A stretch of 62,997 nt of DNA, counting the filler, from Octopus bimaculoides (taxonomy: Eukaryota), in assembly GCF_001194135.2 (NCBI RefSeq). It is 6 parts of 6 records of this genome, joined end to end, with 100 filler letters (N's around TTAATTAATTAA, not from the genome) between each part and the next. Parts side by side here need not be neighbours in the genome. Positions count along the whole stretch, not along the records: positions 21,850 to 48,921 come from NC_068991.1; positions 49,022 to 60,260 come from NC_069010.1; 4 more parts are not named here. One strand, 5' to 3'. Below, piece by piece: positions 41,483-53,850 of the stretch (the stretch's first letter is position 1; every line of letters starts with the position of its first letter). The notes beneath the pieces are model-generated. The model did not search any database. It was not told where the DNA came from and worked only from the letters and a program-made list of their open reading frames with translations. Position numbers and translations under genes: made by a program.

Positions 41483-43077
41483 CTGTAAAAATGAATAAGT
41501 CGCGATAAATACCCAATATAAAATAGTATGAATGTATGACGAAAAATAAAGATAATACAAGATAAAATATAATAAATTAAAGTGGTATTACGTTATTTTA
41601 ATATGGTTAAATTAAACAAACATTTGTGGAAAGAAGGAACGACATAGAATTAGAAGAAAATTGTTTTATCGAAGCAGAAACATATAAATGGAAATTATGA
41701 TGGCAGTGACATAGCGATGCAACTGCTGCTGGCGATGATGATGATGATGATAATGATAATAATGTTGATGATAATTATAAAATAAGTCATAACGATAACA
41801 ACGATATCAGCTATATACTCCTCCTCCTCCTTCTCATCATCATCATCATTATTGTTGTTGCTGTTATCATTAATGCAGAAATGAAATAAATTTATGAAAT
41901 TTTTACAAAATAAAAGACATAAATTATATTGAAGGAACGAAATTTGCAAAGAGACATCCAGTATGGCAGAACTAATTTCATAGCGAAACATCAAAACATG
42001 GCGGAATAATGGTTGTTTGATTTCAATGTGTTCCAATTATTATTGTTTTTTTTTTATTCTAGCTATTTTTGTTTTTGTTGTTGTTCATTTGTGATTTTAT
42101 GAGGTTTTGTTTCTGTACATTATATTGTTGTTACAAATATTTAAATTTTCACATAAATATCTTACGATGAATTCAAAACATTTAAAAAGACACTGCGTGT
42201 CATATTTGTATGCACGCATGCATACAAATATACGTACGTGCATACATGCACAAATACATACATGTATACGGAGGAACATATGCTTATGTACATTCGCAAA
42301 ATACTTTGTGCATGTAATTCTGTGGTGTAAGAAGCGATATTGCCGCTGATATACCTCGGTTATAATAAACATGGTGGCAAATGAAAATGCGTATATATAT
42401 ATATATNNNNNNNNNNNNNNNNNNNNNNNNNNNNNNNNNNNNNNNNNNNNNNNNNNNNNNNNNNNNNNNNNNNNNNNNNNNNNNNNNNNNNNNNNNNNNN
42501 NNNNNNNNNNNNNNNNNNNNNNNNNNNNNNNNNNNNNNNNNNNNNNNNNNNNNNNNNNNNNNNNNNNNNNNNNNNNNNNNNNNNNNNNNNNNNNNNNNNN
42601 NNNNNNNNNNNNNNNNNNNNNNNNNNNNNNNNNNNNNNNNNNNNNNNNNNNNNNNNNNNNNNNNNNNNNNNNNNNNNNNNNNNNNNNNNNNNNNNNNNNN
42701 NNNNNNNNNNNNNNNNNNNNNNNNNNNNNNNNNNNNNNNNNNNNNNNNNNNNNNNNNNNNNNNNNNNNNNNNNNNNNNNNNNNNNNNNNNNNNNNNNNNN
42801 NNNNNNNNNNNNNNNNNNNNNNNNNNNNNNNNNNNNNNNNNNNNNNNNNNNNNNNNNNNNNNNNNNNNNNNNNNNNNNNNNNNNNNNNNNNNNNNNNNNN
42901 NNNNNNNNNNNNNNNNNNNNNNNNNNNNNNNNNNNNNNNNNNNNNNNNNNNNNNNNNNNNNNNNNNNNNNNNNNNNNNNNNNNNNNNNNNNNNNNNNNNN
43001 NNNNNNNNNNNNNNNNNNNNNNNTATATATATGTGGATATACATATATATATATATATATATATGGATATACATATA

Positions 43078-43678
43078 CGAGGGGAAGTAGAAAATTATCC
43101 GCACTTTCACCACAACATATCTTTATTATTGTCAAACTGCCTTCTGCGCATGCGTGATTCTAGTTGGTACTATTGAGATCACGTGATCGAAGTTTGAGCC
43201 TGATCGCGCCAGTTTTCTCTTTGGTTTTACAGTGTAAGCATGGCCGATCCTCTAGCAATGTGCGCCAAGGAAAACAAAGAGCAGTGACCTGCTTTCTCTG
43301 GACGAAAAGTGTGTCAGATGCTGAAATTCATCGGATGATTTTATCAAAATACGGGGACAGCGCATTACCGTGTAGTTGTGTGCATGAGAGTATCGAGAAG
43401 TTTAAAAGTAGCCGGACAAGCGTGAGAAGGTAATGGTTAACCGATTCGCCATTACCATCTCTCGGATCATTACTCTTTGTTCTTCTGTTGTGCACTTTGC
43501 CATTGGAGCAGCCACGCTTACACTGTAAAGCCAGAAAGAAAAAATGGCGCGATCAGGCTCAAACTTCGATCACGTGACCACAATAGTACCAATTATAAGC
43601 ACGCATGCGCAGAAGCCAGTGTGACACTAATAAAGATATTTTATGGCGAAAGTACAGATAATTTTTGACTTCCCCTCG
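43078..43678 (+). mobile_element. Mariner-derived non-autonomous element (MITE) with about 200-bp inverted arms and an internal transposase N-terminal fragment
   Basis: Ends TA|CGAGGGGAAGT ... ACTTCCCCTCG|CA; arms about 43078-43282 and 43472-43678; centre encodes KQRAVTCFLWTKSVSDAEIHRMILSKYGDSALPCSCVHESIEKFKSSRTSV, a mariner HTH region. Confidence 0.88.
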
Positions 43679-43725
<47 letters not shown>

Positions 43726-44247
43726 ACGCACACCATTTAATTAAAGTTGTGTATGTGACAAAATATTTTAAGACTCCTTCAAACAGAAACGACGTGACTC
43801 ACAGTAATTTCAAACATGTGTTTAGAAGCGTGTCTGCAAGAACTTGGAACTTGGGTTGTTAATTTAATGCATGCAAGTGTTGAAATAAGAAGGCAATAAT
43901 TTCAACCAAGCACAATTTACAGCGCAATTTTAAGTGGAAGAACACGTATATCTGCGTTGAGGTATTCTGTATTACCTTCCATTATATCTTAAACGCTGTC
44001 GTTCTAGATTATCAAAGACCAAATATTACTGGAGATATATCTATCTATCTAGTGAGGCAAATTCAATATTTGTCAATGACTAATACTATTCTAATTATTT
44101 CAGGAACTACGGGAGATGATCTTAAGTTGTTTCCATATTATTAAACCCTCATTAGCGACAAAAAGATTTCGCCGTGCTTGTCGAACAAGTGATGTGAAAA
44201 TATACAATACTCTACATTTGGTGGTACAGATATATTAAATTGTTTAG

Positions 44248-44570
44248 AACATGTTTCCAATCGCGGGGCCGCTGACCAGTAGTTGACCATGGATCATTTG
44301 TTACCGGGCCGCAACAGAAAGACTAAATTTTAAAATCTTATATCTACTTGATTGATTATCGCAGTCTGTAGAGTGTTTCTGCATTATATATGTATTATAT
44401 ATGTAATATATATGTATTATATATGTTATATACATGTATTATATATCTAATAATTTAAATAATATATTACGTTTTAACAGTGTTTTTTATGTGCATGATA
44501 CCTCAATCCAAGGAGAAATTGTCTTGCATGGAACCAGTACGTAGTACAAATAGTTTGGGGGAATGCTGGT
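44248..44570. mobile_element. Decayed hAT-type MITE
   Basis: ttccaatcgcggggccgctgaccagta...ccgggccgc at the left end and ggaaccagtacgtagtacaaatagtttgggggaatgctg at the right resemble MER1/Charlie-like ends. Confidence 0.45.
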
Positions 44571-44784
44571 CTACAACACCACACAAATTACGTATCAAGA
44601 AAGTTTCAAACTAAAACCTTCGTAAACAGTATACCAAACACAATCTTCTATTATCTGCGACTTGATTTCAAATTTTTGTTCATCGTCGAATTCCATTTCC
44701 CATTTGAATTTTAATGAATATATAAAAAAACACAATAACAATCGAATATTTTGTTATCCGTTACACTCTCTTTACTATTTTATT

Positions 44785-44982
44785 TGTCTCAGTCATTTGA
44801 CTGCGGCCATGCTGGAGCACCACTTTTAGTCGAGATAATTGACCCCAGAACTTATTCTTTGTAAGCATAGTACTTATTCTGTTGGTCTCTTTTGCCGAAC
44901 CACTACGTTACGGGGACGTAAACACAGCAGCATCGGTTGTCAAGCGATGTTTGGGGGACAAACACAGACACACAAACACACG

Positions 44983-45079
<97 letters not shown>

Positions 45080-45237
45080 GACGAGCTTCTTTCAGTTTCC
45101 GCCTACCAAATCCACTCGCAAGGCTTTGGTCGGCCCGAGGCAATAGTAGAAGACACTTGCCCAAGGTGGCACGCAATGGGACTGAACCCGGAACCATGTG
45201 GTTTGTAAGCAAGCTACTGAACACACAGCCACTCCTG
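44785..45237 (-). mobile_element. SINE family B, full length with internal (CA)n(TA)n
   Basis: tRNA-like head (caggagtggctgtgtg...gggttcagtccc on the minus strand) and a conserved body. Confidence 0.85.
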
Positions 45238-45469
45238 TTAAAGGTATAAAAAATTCTTCTAAAATGTATCGGTTCATATTCGATTTCGTTTTTGTATAAA
45301 GACTTATATATGAAAAGAAAGGGAGAGAAGCAAAATTGAAATACAAATAGGGAAATGTGAAAAACAATCTCCATCACAAGTAAATGAGAGGTCTGAAATT
45401 AAAAGCAACATATACAAAGATTTAGGCAAACACATTATCTATGAAATTATAACCGGCTCTCTATTGGCT

Positions 45470-45770
45470 ACGACGACGTGTGTTGTTCTGATCAACGGAG
45501 CGGCCCTGCTCGTGAAATAAACGTTCAAACGGCTCAGCATTGCACAGAGACGTTTGATCTTAACATAGTTCTTAGGACGATACAACGTGACATAAAAAGT
45601 GACAAGGCTGACCTTGAAATACAGGTACTACTCATTAATGCCAGTCGAATGGACTGGAGCAACAAGAAATAAAATGCCTTGCTCAAGAACACAACTCACC
45701 TCCGGGTATTGAACTCCCGACTTTCTAATCATGAACCGAACACCCTATCCATTAAACCACGCGCCTTGAT
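45470..45770 (+). mobile_element. SINE family C (decayed)
   Basis: tgatcaacggagcggccctgctcgtgaaataaacgttcaa...gacaaggctg...tgccttgctcaagaacacaac. Confidence 0.65.
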
Positions 45771-46424
45771 CATGAAGTTATAATTATCAAAATAAATTGC
45801 GTAATTATAATTGGTAAACTATGAATTAAAAGCGTAAAGATATCAATGATAAATATATTTGTAAAGCAACTAATAAATGCATAATTAAAAAATTGCAAAT
45901 ATTGGATTAAAATCATAAATTATGAAAATTTTATTCCATAAAAATTATGACTATATTATATATTTAATTATTAAAGAACACAAGCTATTAAGAATTATAC
46001 ATACATTAAAGAAATAACGAAGCTGAAATTTGTTTGACAGGGACTGTTGAAAAAATACAGGAGAGAGTATTTACGTTATTGACGGAAGACTTAATGTGTC
46101 TCGCATTTTAAAACCACATCTGATCCTCGGGAGTATTTAATGGATACGACTCAGCTGAAATATTTATGCAGGATCACTACCCTTAGGATAGACTACTCTC
46201 TTTGCTCCTGGCCCTTAAGGAAAGATCATGCATATTGGCTTCTTCGTCTGACTTTGTCGTTAAAACAAAAAAAAAGTAATGAGTACAAAAACGTGGTTTT
46301 CAGGAAAATTATCTTTAATTTGCAAAGGCAAAAATAAACGAAGGAATAAAATTTAAAGAAGTAAAATAGGGTACGAGAAAGAAATCCAAGAACTTCGGGG
46401 CATTTTTCTGCTTGTTTCATTCAT

Positions 46425-46790
46425 TGGACAACGGCCATGCTGGGGCATCGGCCTGAAGGATTTAGACGAACGCATCCACCCCAGTACTTACTTTTTAAAG
46501 TTTGTTACTTATTCTATCAGTCTTTTTTTGCCGGGACGCTAAGTTACGGGGACGTATAGAAACCAACACCGGTTGTCAAGTGGTGGTGGTGGAGGGCAAA
46601 CACAGACACAAAGATACACACACACATATGGGACAGGTTTCCACACAGTTTCCCTCTACCAAAATCAATTCACATAGCATTAGTCGGCTCGGGGATATAG
46701 TAAAAGAAACTTGCCCAAGGCAACACACTTTAGGATTGAACCCAAAATCCTATGGTTGAAAAGCGAGCTTCTCAACCGTACAACTATGCT
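46425..46790 (-). mobile_element. SINE family B (decayed)
   Basis: ggccatgctgggg...gctaagttacggggacgta...acttgcccaagg. Confidence 0.7.
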
Positions 46791-48479
46791 TGCCCCCACC
46801 CCTATACGAGGGAAAAAAAGAACAGAAAATTCATCCTAAATATATAACAAACAAAAGGAAAAAAATAAGAATAAAAATAAAATGCCTACAGCAGGAAAGT
46901 TGGAAAAGGATATATTAATTTAATTTATCCATATATGTAATTACTGACAACAGAAATATTTCGTAGTGTTGATAAAATTCCAAACTTCTCCCTGAAAATT
47001 AAAAAAATTGAGTACAAATTACTTATAATGAATTTTGAAAATTATTTTCTGAGAGCGGAAGTTAACACATGAATAGTTTAGAAGTGTTAGTAGACGAATC
47101 GTAATTGGTAGGTCTGAAATCAAAGATGGGTCTAGAAATCTCAGATTTATCGCCTTATTACCTATTTATCAAATACATGCCTTTCGCATCACCTTTGTGT
47201 ATCCTGGAGATAAAGTGTAACTGAAAGAAAATGACGTATTGGAATATTTAAACGGGTACCAGACATTCGGTTATAATCGTAAGGAAGAAGAATTCTTCAA
47301 GAGATATAAAGTTGTGTACTTGACCCATAGGTGATAAGGTGATAAATTTGAATGTTGTAGATTATTCTTTGATATAAGATCTTTCAATGACTATTGCGTT
47401 GCTAACACATCTCATCTATTCTAATTTTATCGCTTGTTCTTGGAAAATAATTTTCAAGGCTCTATACAATTTGCACTCAATTTATTAATTTCCCCAGCCA
47501 ATGTTTCTAGCTGACATAAATACCTGAAGAATTCGAGTTAATGTATTCTTGATTGACTTTGCTGCTATGGGTTTAGAAAACGTAACTTTAACACAATATA
47601 AATTTATCATTATAACATATGTATAACATTGGCTGCAGAGCTACTCGAATACGAAATTAAAAAAACAAATTAACCAACAGTATTATGATCAATTTAAACC
47701 TGTAATCTTGATAGAACTAAACTCTAGAATCAAATTATCAGACATTAATGTTCTAGCCGTGCCAATCACAAACTATGGATTTAATTAAATAAACTGGAAT
47801 GTGAACAAATTAATAAAGCTAAGGGGAAAAAAAGCAGATTGATGCCAACATTTATAAATCAGCTGACTAAAAGCAGAAATTTTCAAAGGGAATGACGGCT
47901 GGCTGGGGCATTTTGATACGAAGCATATATAATGTGTACGATGTTTTCGTTAATTGTGTCAGGTGCCTATGTAGGCACGATTAGACATAACCACTCTTTT
48001 TACTCCCTCACCCTTGATCCAATGAAACAACCAGAATGTGTAGAGTGAAGCAGGATGAATGAAATGACTTGCTCAAGGAGACACGCAATGCATGGTGCGG
48101 GTGTTGATGCTTGAGATGCAAACCTGGAAGATGTTAATACCACAACACATACAAAACAACAACACAATACTAATTTGATATTAACAGTTAAGAAAAATGA
48201 ACTCTAAAGAGCATGAGACAGGTAGATATATATATGATATAGAGAAGACAAGAGGAGAGATTTGAAAAGGTAAGGAAAACTAAAACTAAAATAATATTGA
48301 GAGAGAGGGAGAGAGAGAGAGACAGGGAGAGAGAGAGAGACAGGGAGAGAGAGAGAGAGAGACGGGGGAGAAAGAGAGAGACAGGGAGAGAGAGAGAGAG
48401 AGAGAGAGGGGAGAGAGAAGTCGGTAAGTAGAAGCATTACAGCATTTGCATATAAAGTATTCAATGTGAATGTCAGTGT

Positions 48480-48496
48480 GTAGCAAACCCCACCAT

Positions 48497-48532
<36 letters not shown>

Positions 48533-48539
48533 TACTACC

Positions 48540-48579
<40 letters not shown>

Positions 48580-48660
48580 CTGCTTCTGCTGCTGCTACCA
48601 CCAACGTATTCGCCACCGCCACTGCCACCACCACCGCCAAGAACAACACTGCTACCACCA
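48480..48660 (+). repeat. Compound trinucleotide microsatellite (CCA-CTA-CTG-CCA)
   Basis: Read directly. Confidence 0.8.
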
Positions 48661-48799
48661 CAACCGTCACTATTTCTACAGCTAATCTAACTAGAAATAT
48701 CACCGTCACACCACCACTCCTCTTTCTCCTCCTTCTCTTCCCCTCTCCTCCTCCTTTTCCCTTCTCCTCCTCCTTTTCCCCTCTCATCCTCATCTTCCC

Positions 48800-48921
48800 C
48801 TGTCCTCCTTCTCTTCTCTCTCCTCCTTCTCTTCTCTCTCCTCCTTCTCTTCTCTCTCCTCCTTCTCTTCTCTCTCCTCCTTCTCTTCTCTCTCCTCCTT
48901 CTCTTCTCTCTCCTCCTTCTC
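48800..48921 (+). repeat. Pyrimidine-only 18-bp tandem repeat (tcctccttctcttctctc)n
   Basis: Read directly; runs into a gap. Confidence 0.85.
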
Positions 48922-49020
48922 NNNNNNNNNNNNNNNNNNNNNNNNNNNNNNNNNNNNNNNNNNNNTTAATTAATTAANNNNNNNNNNNNNNNNNNNNNNN
49001 NNNNNNNNNNNNNNNNNNNN

Positions 49021-49115
49021 NGTACTAGGCTTACAAAGAATAAGTCCTGGGTCGAGTTGCTCGACTAAAGGCGGTGCCCCAGCATGGCCGCAGTCAAAAG
49101 ACTGAAACAAGTAAA
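49021..49115 (+). mobile_element. SINE family B 3' end
   Basis: gtactaggcttacaaagaataagtcctggg...ggccgcagtcaaa...gaaacaagtaaaag. Confidence 0.75.
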
Positions 49116-49271
49116 AGTGTAAAAGAATAATAGAGGAGAAAATATGGAAAGAAAAATTTTAGGAGTTGGAAATGGAAAAAAATATCACAATAAATCTGCC
49201 TTTCAAACATGCACGTAATCAAGTATGATGCACAGATGGTTATAGACACATACAAATAGATTGATATTTAC

Positions 49272-49457
49272 CTATATATTCAATGGCATCATCAAAGTAC
49301 TTCCGTAGATTTTGGTGACCGCTGTCCGTTACTGGTATCGTTTTGTAATGAATGCCTTGACTCTCGAAATGGGGTCGAACATGTGACGTGACATTTAAAA
49401 TATAAGTTATATCTAACTCTTTCAGAATTTGTAAATTACCAGCATCTCGCTCGTTAC
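49272..49457 (-). CDS. DUSP10: Internal exon of a dual-specificity MAP kinase phosphatase (DUSP10/MKP5/puckered-like catalytic domain, N-terminal half)
   Basis: Encodes GNERDAGNLQILKELDITYILNVTSHVRPHFESQGIHYKTIPVTDSGHQNLRKYFDDAIEYI, matching the recalled DUSP10 pattern GNEQDA..YVINVT..YKRLPATD..QNLRQYFEEAFEFI. Acceptor attctttcag|, donor |gtaaat, 186 nt, phase 1-1, no stops. Confidence 0.85.
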
Positions 49458-49509
49458 CTGAAAGAATATAAATAATAATAATAATAATAATAATTATAAT
49501 AATGATAAT

Positions 49510-50285
49510 AATGGTTTCAAATTTTGCCACAACGGCAGCAATTTGGGGGGAGGGGTTAAGTTGATTACATCAACCCCAGTACGCAACTGGTAATTAATTT
49601 ATCAACCTCGAAAGGCCGAAAGGCAAAGTTGAGCATGGTGGAGCATGGCGGAATTTGAAGTCAGAATGTAAAGATTAGATGAAATGCAATAATAATAATA
49701 ATCCTTTCTAGTAAAGGCACAAGGCCTGAAATTTGGTGGAGGGGCATAGTCAATTGCATTGACCCCTAGTATGATACTGGTATTTACTTAATTTATCGAC
49801 TCCGAATGGATGAAAGCAAAGTCGGCTTCGGTGGAATTTGAACTCAGAACAGAGCGACGGGTGAAATGCCGCTAAGTATTTCGTCCAATGTGCTAACGGT
49901 TTTGCCAGCTCAACACCCTTGCAAAGATGAAAGGCAAAGTTGACCTCGGTGGGATTTGAACTCAGAACATTAAGAGTCACAAGAAATACCACAAAGCATT
50001 TTGTACGACACGCAAACTATTCTGCCAGCTTAAAGCCTTGTTTCAAATTTTGGCACAAGGCTGGCAATTTTGGAGAGAGAAAGCAAGTCAGTGATATCAT
50101 TGGTTAGTTCATTCACCTGACCTTCATTGCTTCAGGGCAACGATGACCATGCACCACGTAGGTCCCAGCTCAGCTGGTACTAGCCAACGGTACACTTGGT
50201 ACCTTTACATTTTTTTTTTTTTAGTAATCCTGAAAGGATAAAAGACAAAACCAACCCTAGTCTCATTTGAACTCAGAACGTAGAA
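49510..50285 (-). mobile_element. Cluster of SINE family A fragments
   Basis: Several gcacaaggc...tcgaccccgaaaggatgaaaggcaaagt...atttgaactcagaac segments. Confidence 0.75.
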
Positions 50286-50339
50286 GATGGGGGACAAAGG
50301 GACAAACACTGAAAAATATTAAATTGAAAGTTCTGACAA

Positions 50340-50670
50340 CGTGACCCCTAAAAAGATTAATCGTGTCTATCTGGAAGTTAAAGCTATCTATGACTCCTTT
50401 AAAAACTTCTGCGTTCTCCTCTGAAACTTATGAACCCCAAGGAAATAAAACTTCAGTGACGCTACAAACCTCCCATTTTATTCACATGACACCCTAACAG
50501 GTGATTGTATGCTTGTCTGGCAGTTAAAGTTGTGTGTGACCCCTAAAAAAACTTCTGTGGTCTTCTCAGAAACTTTAGTGACCTTACAAATGTCCCGATT
50601 TATTCATGTGGTCCCTGAAAACATTGTATCCCCCCACTTGTACCAGTGGCTCCCTATTTAGAACCACTGC
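50340..50670. mobile_element. Decayed hAT-like element end
   Basis: Repeated gtgacccc motifs and terminal tttagaaccactg (reverse complement CAGTGGTTCTAAA). Confidence 0.45.
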
Positions 50671-52493
50671 CCAACAAAATTAAGGCAGGCCCAATGTGGT
50701 TTGTAGATAGGTCACCAAGTCGTATGTAAGAGAGAGAAAACGGACTTTCGTAGAATTCCTGTCTGCCAAAATTCCATTCACGAAGAATTAGTCATCTCGA
50801 GGCTGTAATCTCCCTATTTAGAACCACTGCCTAACAAAATTAAGGAAAGGCCTGATGTGGTTTGTTCTACTTGCTAAAAAGTAATTTTGTGTAACCATAC
50901 TCTGTTCCGTTTGAAAACAGGACATAATAGATGGCATAGCCCTAGATACACAATGCCTGAACAGAAGATAGGTCATAGCTAAAACCACCTTTGATTGTAG
51001 GTTTCTGGGTTGCAACGAACTAGGGGTTGAAGAACAAAGAACAAACATTAGATAATGTAGTCCTAGGTACGCCATATCTAAATGAAAGACAGGAAGATAA
51101 CAGCTGGAGTACTTTTCGTAATAGGCGTACAAGATCAGGTTTAATTTGGAGCTAAACAATACCAAGGACACATTAGATGATGTAGTCCTAGATACACAAT
51201 ATCTGAATAAAAGATGGGCCATATATATGGCAGAGGAAGGCATGGAGAAATGATAGTGACAAAAGTCACAAAAGACAACAAAATGGCGGCTGTGCTGGAG
51301 AGGCAAGACATCGTCCAAACCAAGCAAGGACGGGGTGGAGAAGGGAAAACCCCAAAACAATACACAAAAATAGGTCTAAAATTTGATTGATGACTGATGA
51401 CAAACGATGGATGGTGAATGATAAAGTTTTAAATGATTATAAAAAACGGTTCTCACCTAAATAGAGAAAAGGCAATATTCGTGAAACCTCGGCTGCTTCG
51501 ATTTGATGTTCAACTAATGGCGTCAAAGGACTGTGTACCAGACGACACTCTGACGATAACAAACGACAGTCTGACGACATCCATAGTAAATTGTCGCATA
51601 GATTTTCGTGTTTTGACTTGAATTCCCGTAAACCCCCTGCAAATAGAAACGGAAGATTATCATATTATATGTGTGTTGTTTGACAAAAAGCGTTTGTACG
51701 AATCTCTTGGTCATTGAGTCACTGGTGTTGCTTCGTAGAAGCAATAAAGTTATACAAACATTCTAGTTTATGAGTTTGTGTTGTTTATATATTATATACA
51801 CTTAGACTTTCCTGTTTGATGAATAAACAGCTACACACGGGAATTACATTGATTTTTCTGGAACCTTAGGTCTCAAGGACTTTCCGGATTTCTGATTAAG
51901 TCTCCGTCAACACAATCCTTGTAAAGGTATAATAGATATGTACTCAACAAAAGGTATCGAATGATCAATTCAATTTTATGTTAAATTGCTTTTATTAAAC
52001 TCGACAAAATCAATTACGTGCGCGTGACAGACAGACAGACAGACATATGCACGAACATGAATATAAATATATACACGTTTACACGTATACAAATAATACA
52101 TTCACACACATCTATACATATATATATATATATATACACATGCAGAAATACATAATTACACACAGGTACATATGCAAAAACTAAGCAGGGGTGGGGGGAT
52201 CTACTTGGTTTCACGACCGGACTAGCTAGAAATAGCAATTACCACCCCCTCCTCAAATTACATCCTAAATGTAATGAAATAAAAATAAAAAAATAACCCC
52301 CAAAACATGGACACATTGAAACGTTCGGTTACGGTAAAAGGCGGGTTGGTCATAGGTGGTACGCTCAGATTTACGTGATCAAAAGTGACCCACGGCTAAA
52401 CAATGGGAAAAAAGTTGAGAGAGCTATCCAACTACATGCCTATCCCTTTCCACCCACTATCTATCTATCTATCTATCTCTGTACTTCTCTCTA

Positions 52494-52530
<37 letters not shown>

Positions 52531-53304
52531 NNNNNNNNNNNNNNNNNNNNNNNNNNNNNNNNNNNNNNNNNNNNNNNNNNNNNNNNNNNNNNNNNNNNNN
52601 NNNNNNNNNNNNNNNNNNNNNNNNNNNNNNNNNNNNNNNNNNNNNNNNNNNNNNNNNNNNNNNNNNNNNNNNNNNNNNNNNNNNNNNNNNNNNNNNNNNN
52701 NNNNNNNNNNNNNNNNNNNNNNNNNNNNNNNNNNNNNNNNNNNNNNNNNNNNNNNNNNNNNNNNNNNNNNNNNNNNNNNNNNNNNNNNNNNNNNNNNNNN
52801 NNNNNNNNNNNNNNNNNNNNNNNNNNNNNNNNNNNNNNNNNNNNNNNNNNNNNNNNNNNNNNNNNNNNNNNNNNNNNNNNNNNNNNNNNNNNNNNNNNNN
52901 NNNNNNNNNNNNNNNNNNNNNNNNNNNNNNNNNNNNNNNNNNNNNNNNNNNNNNNNNNNNNNNNNNNNNNNNNNNNNNNNNNNNNNNNNNNNNNNNNNNN
53001 NNNNNNNNNNNNNNNNNNNNNNNNNNNNNNNNNNNNNNNNNNNNNNNNNNNNNNNNNNNNNNNNNNNNNNNNNNNNNNNNNNNNNNNNNNNNNNNNNNNN
53101 NNNNNNNNNNNNNNNNNNNNNNNNNNNNNNNNNNNNNNNNNNNNNNNNNNNNNNNNNNNNNNNNNNNNNNNNNNNNNNNNNNNNNNNNNNNNNNNNNNNN
53201 NNNNNNNNNNNNNNNNNNNNNNNNNNNNNNNNNNNNNNNNNNNNNNNNNNNNNTCTATCTATCTATCTATCTATCTATCTCTCTCTGTACTTCTCTCTAC
53301 CTGT

Positions 53305-53338
<34 letters not shown>

Positions 53339-53639
53339 CTGCCTACCTACCTACCTACCTCTATAACTGCCTATTTCTTTTATCAATCCATCAATTTATT
53401 TTCTCTTTGCCTACATCTATCTACCTACCTACCTACCTACCTACCTTTCTTTTTTCTAGCCATCTACCTACCTCAACCATCCACCCCGCTTCCTAACCTA
53501 TGACGCATCGCACATCTTGCCAGCTGCTACTTCGAAACTGGGTCAGCAGATAAACGGAGACGCGGCGTCGGCTCGCGTCAGACGTGTGACCGGCGCACGC
53601 CTCAGCACCACACACACACACAAATAGCCAATGACAAAC

Positions 53640-53850
53640 TGGACATATGGTTAAGAAGCTCGATTCACGACAAGATGGTGCCGGGTTCAAGCGATCCTTG
53701 AGCGCAATGTCTTGGGTGGGTGGAGGGCAAGTGTTCTTTCTCTGATTACAGTCTCGAGATGACTAATTCTTCGTGAATGGAATTTTGGCAGACAGGAATT
53801 CTACGAAAGTCCGTTTTCTCTCTTACGTACCACTTAGTTACTTATCTACG
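53640..53850 (+). mobile_element. SINE family B head (decayed)
   Basis: tggttaagaagctcg...gggttcaag...cttggg...gcaagtgttc...gtgaatggaattttggcagac. Confidence 0.55.

Noticed and set aside
39100-49000. Search for a homeobox (WFQNRR) exon or the DUSP HCxxGxSRS exon
   Set aside because: Neither motif was found by eye in the readable sequence.
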